Origin: a virus | Taxonomy: Duplodnaviria > Caudoviricetes | IMG/VR virus record: IMGVR_UViG_3300017777_001247 | Coordinates: 1-33,359 of that record | Reading direction: 5' to 3' (one strand) | DNA length: 33,359 nucleotides | Shown: positions 32,512 to 33,359 of the stretch, piece after piece | Position numbering within the stretch: the first letter of the stretch is position 1 | Layout of the letters: every line of letters begins with the position of its first letter | Position numbers and translations under genes: made by a program | The notes under the pieces: model-generated | Databases searched by the model: none | The model's input: only the letters and a program-made list of their open reading frames with translations | Told to the model about the DNA's origin: nothing

Positions 32512-33359
32512 ATGGCTGACCCAAATACACCGGAAATACCGGAAATTAAACAACGTAAAACTTATTCGGTTCCTCCGACTCCTATTCTTTCTGGATTAAA
32601 AGGAGAAGTTGGAAATATTCCGGGAATGTCAGGTGCGCCAACGTATGAAGAACGTGCAAAACTTCTTCCAAAATCTACAGATGTTGCCGCTGAAGAAGCC
32701 CGTGTTTTAGGTTCTCAAAATCAATTAAGCGAAGATATTGGCCTTGCTCAACAAGCTGAAAAACAATATTTGTCTGAAGCTGAATATTCTATTGCGTCCC
32801 AAACCAGAGAACAAGCTCAAGACATTGAAGCAGGATTAAAACTTGTTCGAGAAAAATTTCCTTATCCAGAATTTAAGCCTACGCAAGAAAATATGCAAAG
32901 TCTTGCTACCTTGTTTAGTTTGGTTGGAGTGATTGGTGTTGCTATGGGTGGCGAAGGAAAGATGTCAGCAATGGGTTCATTAAACGCTATGACCGGCATG
33001 ATGAGGGGTTGGCAGCAAGGCCGCAAAGATTTGTGGGAAAAAGAAAAATTAACATTTGATAAAAATATGGCTAAAACCAAAGCCATTCTTGATGATGCTT
33101 ACAAAGATGCTGACCGTGCTTACAAGACAATGGCTTACAACCGTGAAGAAGCGATTGCTCTGGCTAATCAGTCAGCGGCTAAACTTGGTGGTCAAGTAGG
33201 AAAACAAATGTTACAAAAGCAAGGTCTTGGAAATTACCTTGAATTGCTTAAAAGTCTTAAAAAAGATTTAAAAGAAACCGAACATTTAGCTTCTCAAGAG
33301 CGAATGGTAGAAAAAAAATTAGAAGAAAACAGAACCATGATGGAGGCAAGATTTGCTCA
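32512..33359 (+). CDS. N-terminal part of an internal virion protein (runs off the window end); not in the ORF track
   Basis: GAGG RBS and ATG at 32512; open for 282 codons (MADPNTPEIPEIKQRK...MMEARFA); central hydrophobic Gly/Met segment. Confidence 0.8.
   Translation, partial: MADPNTPEIPEIKQRKTYSVPPTPILSGLKGEVGNIPGMSGAPTYEERAKLLPKSTDVAAEEARVLGSQNQLSEDIGLAQQAEKQYLSEAEYSIASQTREQAQDIEAGLKLVREKFPYPEFKPTQENMQSLATLFSLVGVIGVAMGGEGKMSAMGSLNAMTGMMRGWQQGRKDLWEKEKLTFDKNMAKTKAILDDAYKDADRAYKTMAYNREEAIALANQSAAKLGGQVGKQMLQKQGLGNYLELLKSLKKDLKETEHLASQERMVEKKLEENRTMMEARFA

Larger units (their letters stand above)
1..33359. mobile_element. Near-complete tailed phage genome (Caudoviricetes, podovirus-like), circularly permuted
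   Basis: Terminase, portal, capsid, tail, lysis and recombination modules fill the window. There are no host housekeeping genes, and ORFs run off both ends on the same strand. Confidence 0.93.

Noticed and set aside
694-33086. Numerous 60-150 aa ORFs nested in or antisense to the large genes
   Set aside because: Shadow ORFs of codon-biased genes; no RBS and no recognisable motifs.
33349-33357. AGATTTGCT near both ends (also at 12-20) as a terminal repeat
   Set aside because: Only 9 bp, not flush with the ends, and the flanks differ; overlapping there would not restore the reading frame.

Overview
The window appears to be an essentially complete, circularly permuted genome (about 33.4 kb) of a small tailed dsDNA phage with a podovirus/P22-like layout. 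The rightward late arm runs from 13215 through 33359 and wraps to 1-5369. It encodes a GT34-like glycosyltransferase, terminase large subunit, portal, scaffold, major capsid, adaptor, nozzle, fibres, internal ejection proteins, a 3TM holin, an M15 endolysin and small basic proteins. The leftward early/middle arm (12544 down to 5370) encodes tiny ORFs, a GP88-like protein, a YqaJ exonuclease, a RecT/Bet-like annealase, an SSB-like protein, RusA and a GT-A glycosyltransferase. I recognise no DNA polymerase, primase, helicase, replication initiator, integrase or repressor. The most unusual signals are non-coding. (1) An 8-10 nt motif (UUCCUAACCU) sits just upstream of the RBS of 8 leftward genes, and its exact antisense copy is presented in a structured RNA at the end of rusA, which suggests a trans-acting sRNA regulon. 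(2) A promoter, an attenuator and a ~255-nt pseudoknotted RNA sit where a replication module might be expected. (3) Repeated, covarying intergenic hairpins occur in the early region. At protein level there are three TonB-box-like motifs in an ejection protein, two 13-aa Arg/Lys micropeptides, and apparent genome-wide avoidance of GATC and CCWGG. All family assignments come from motif recognition by eye, not from database searches.
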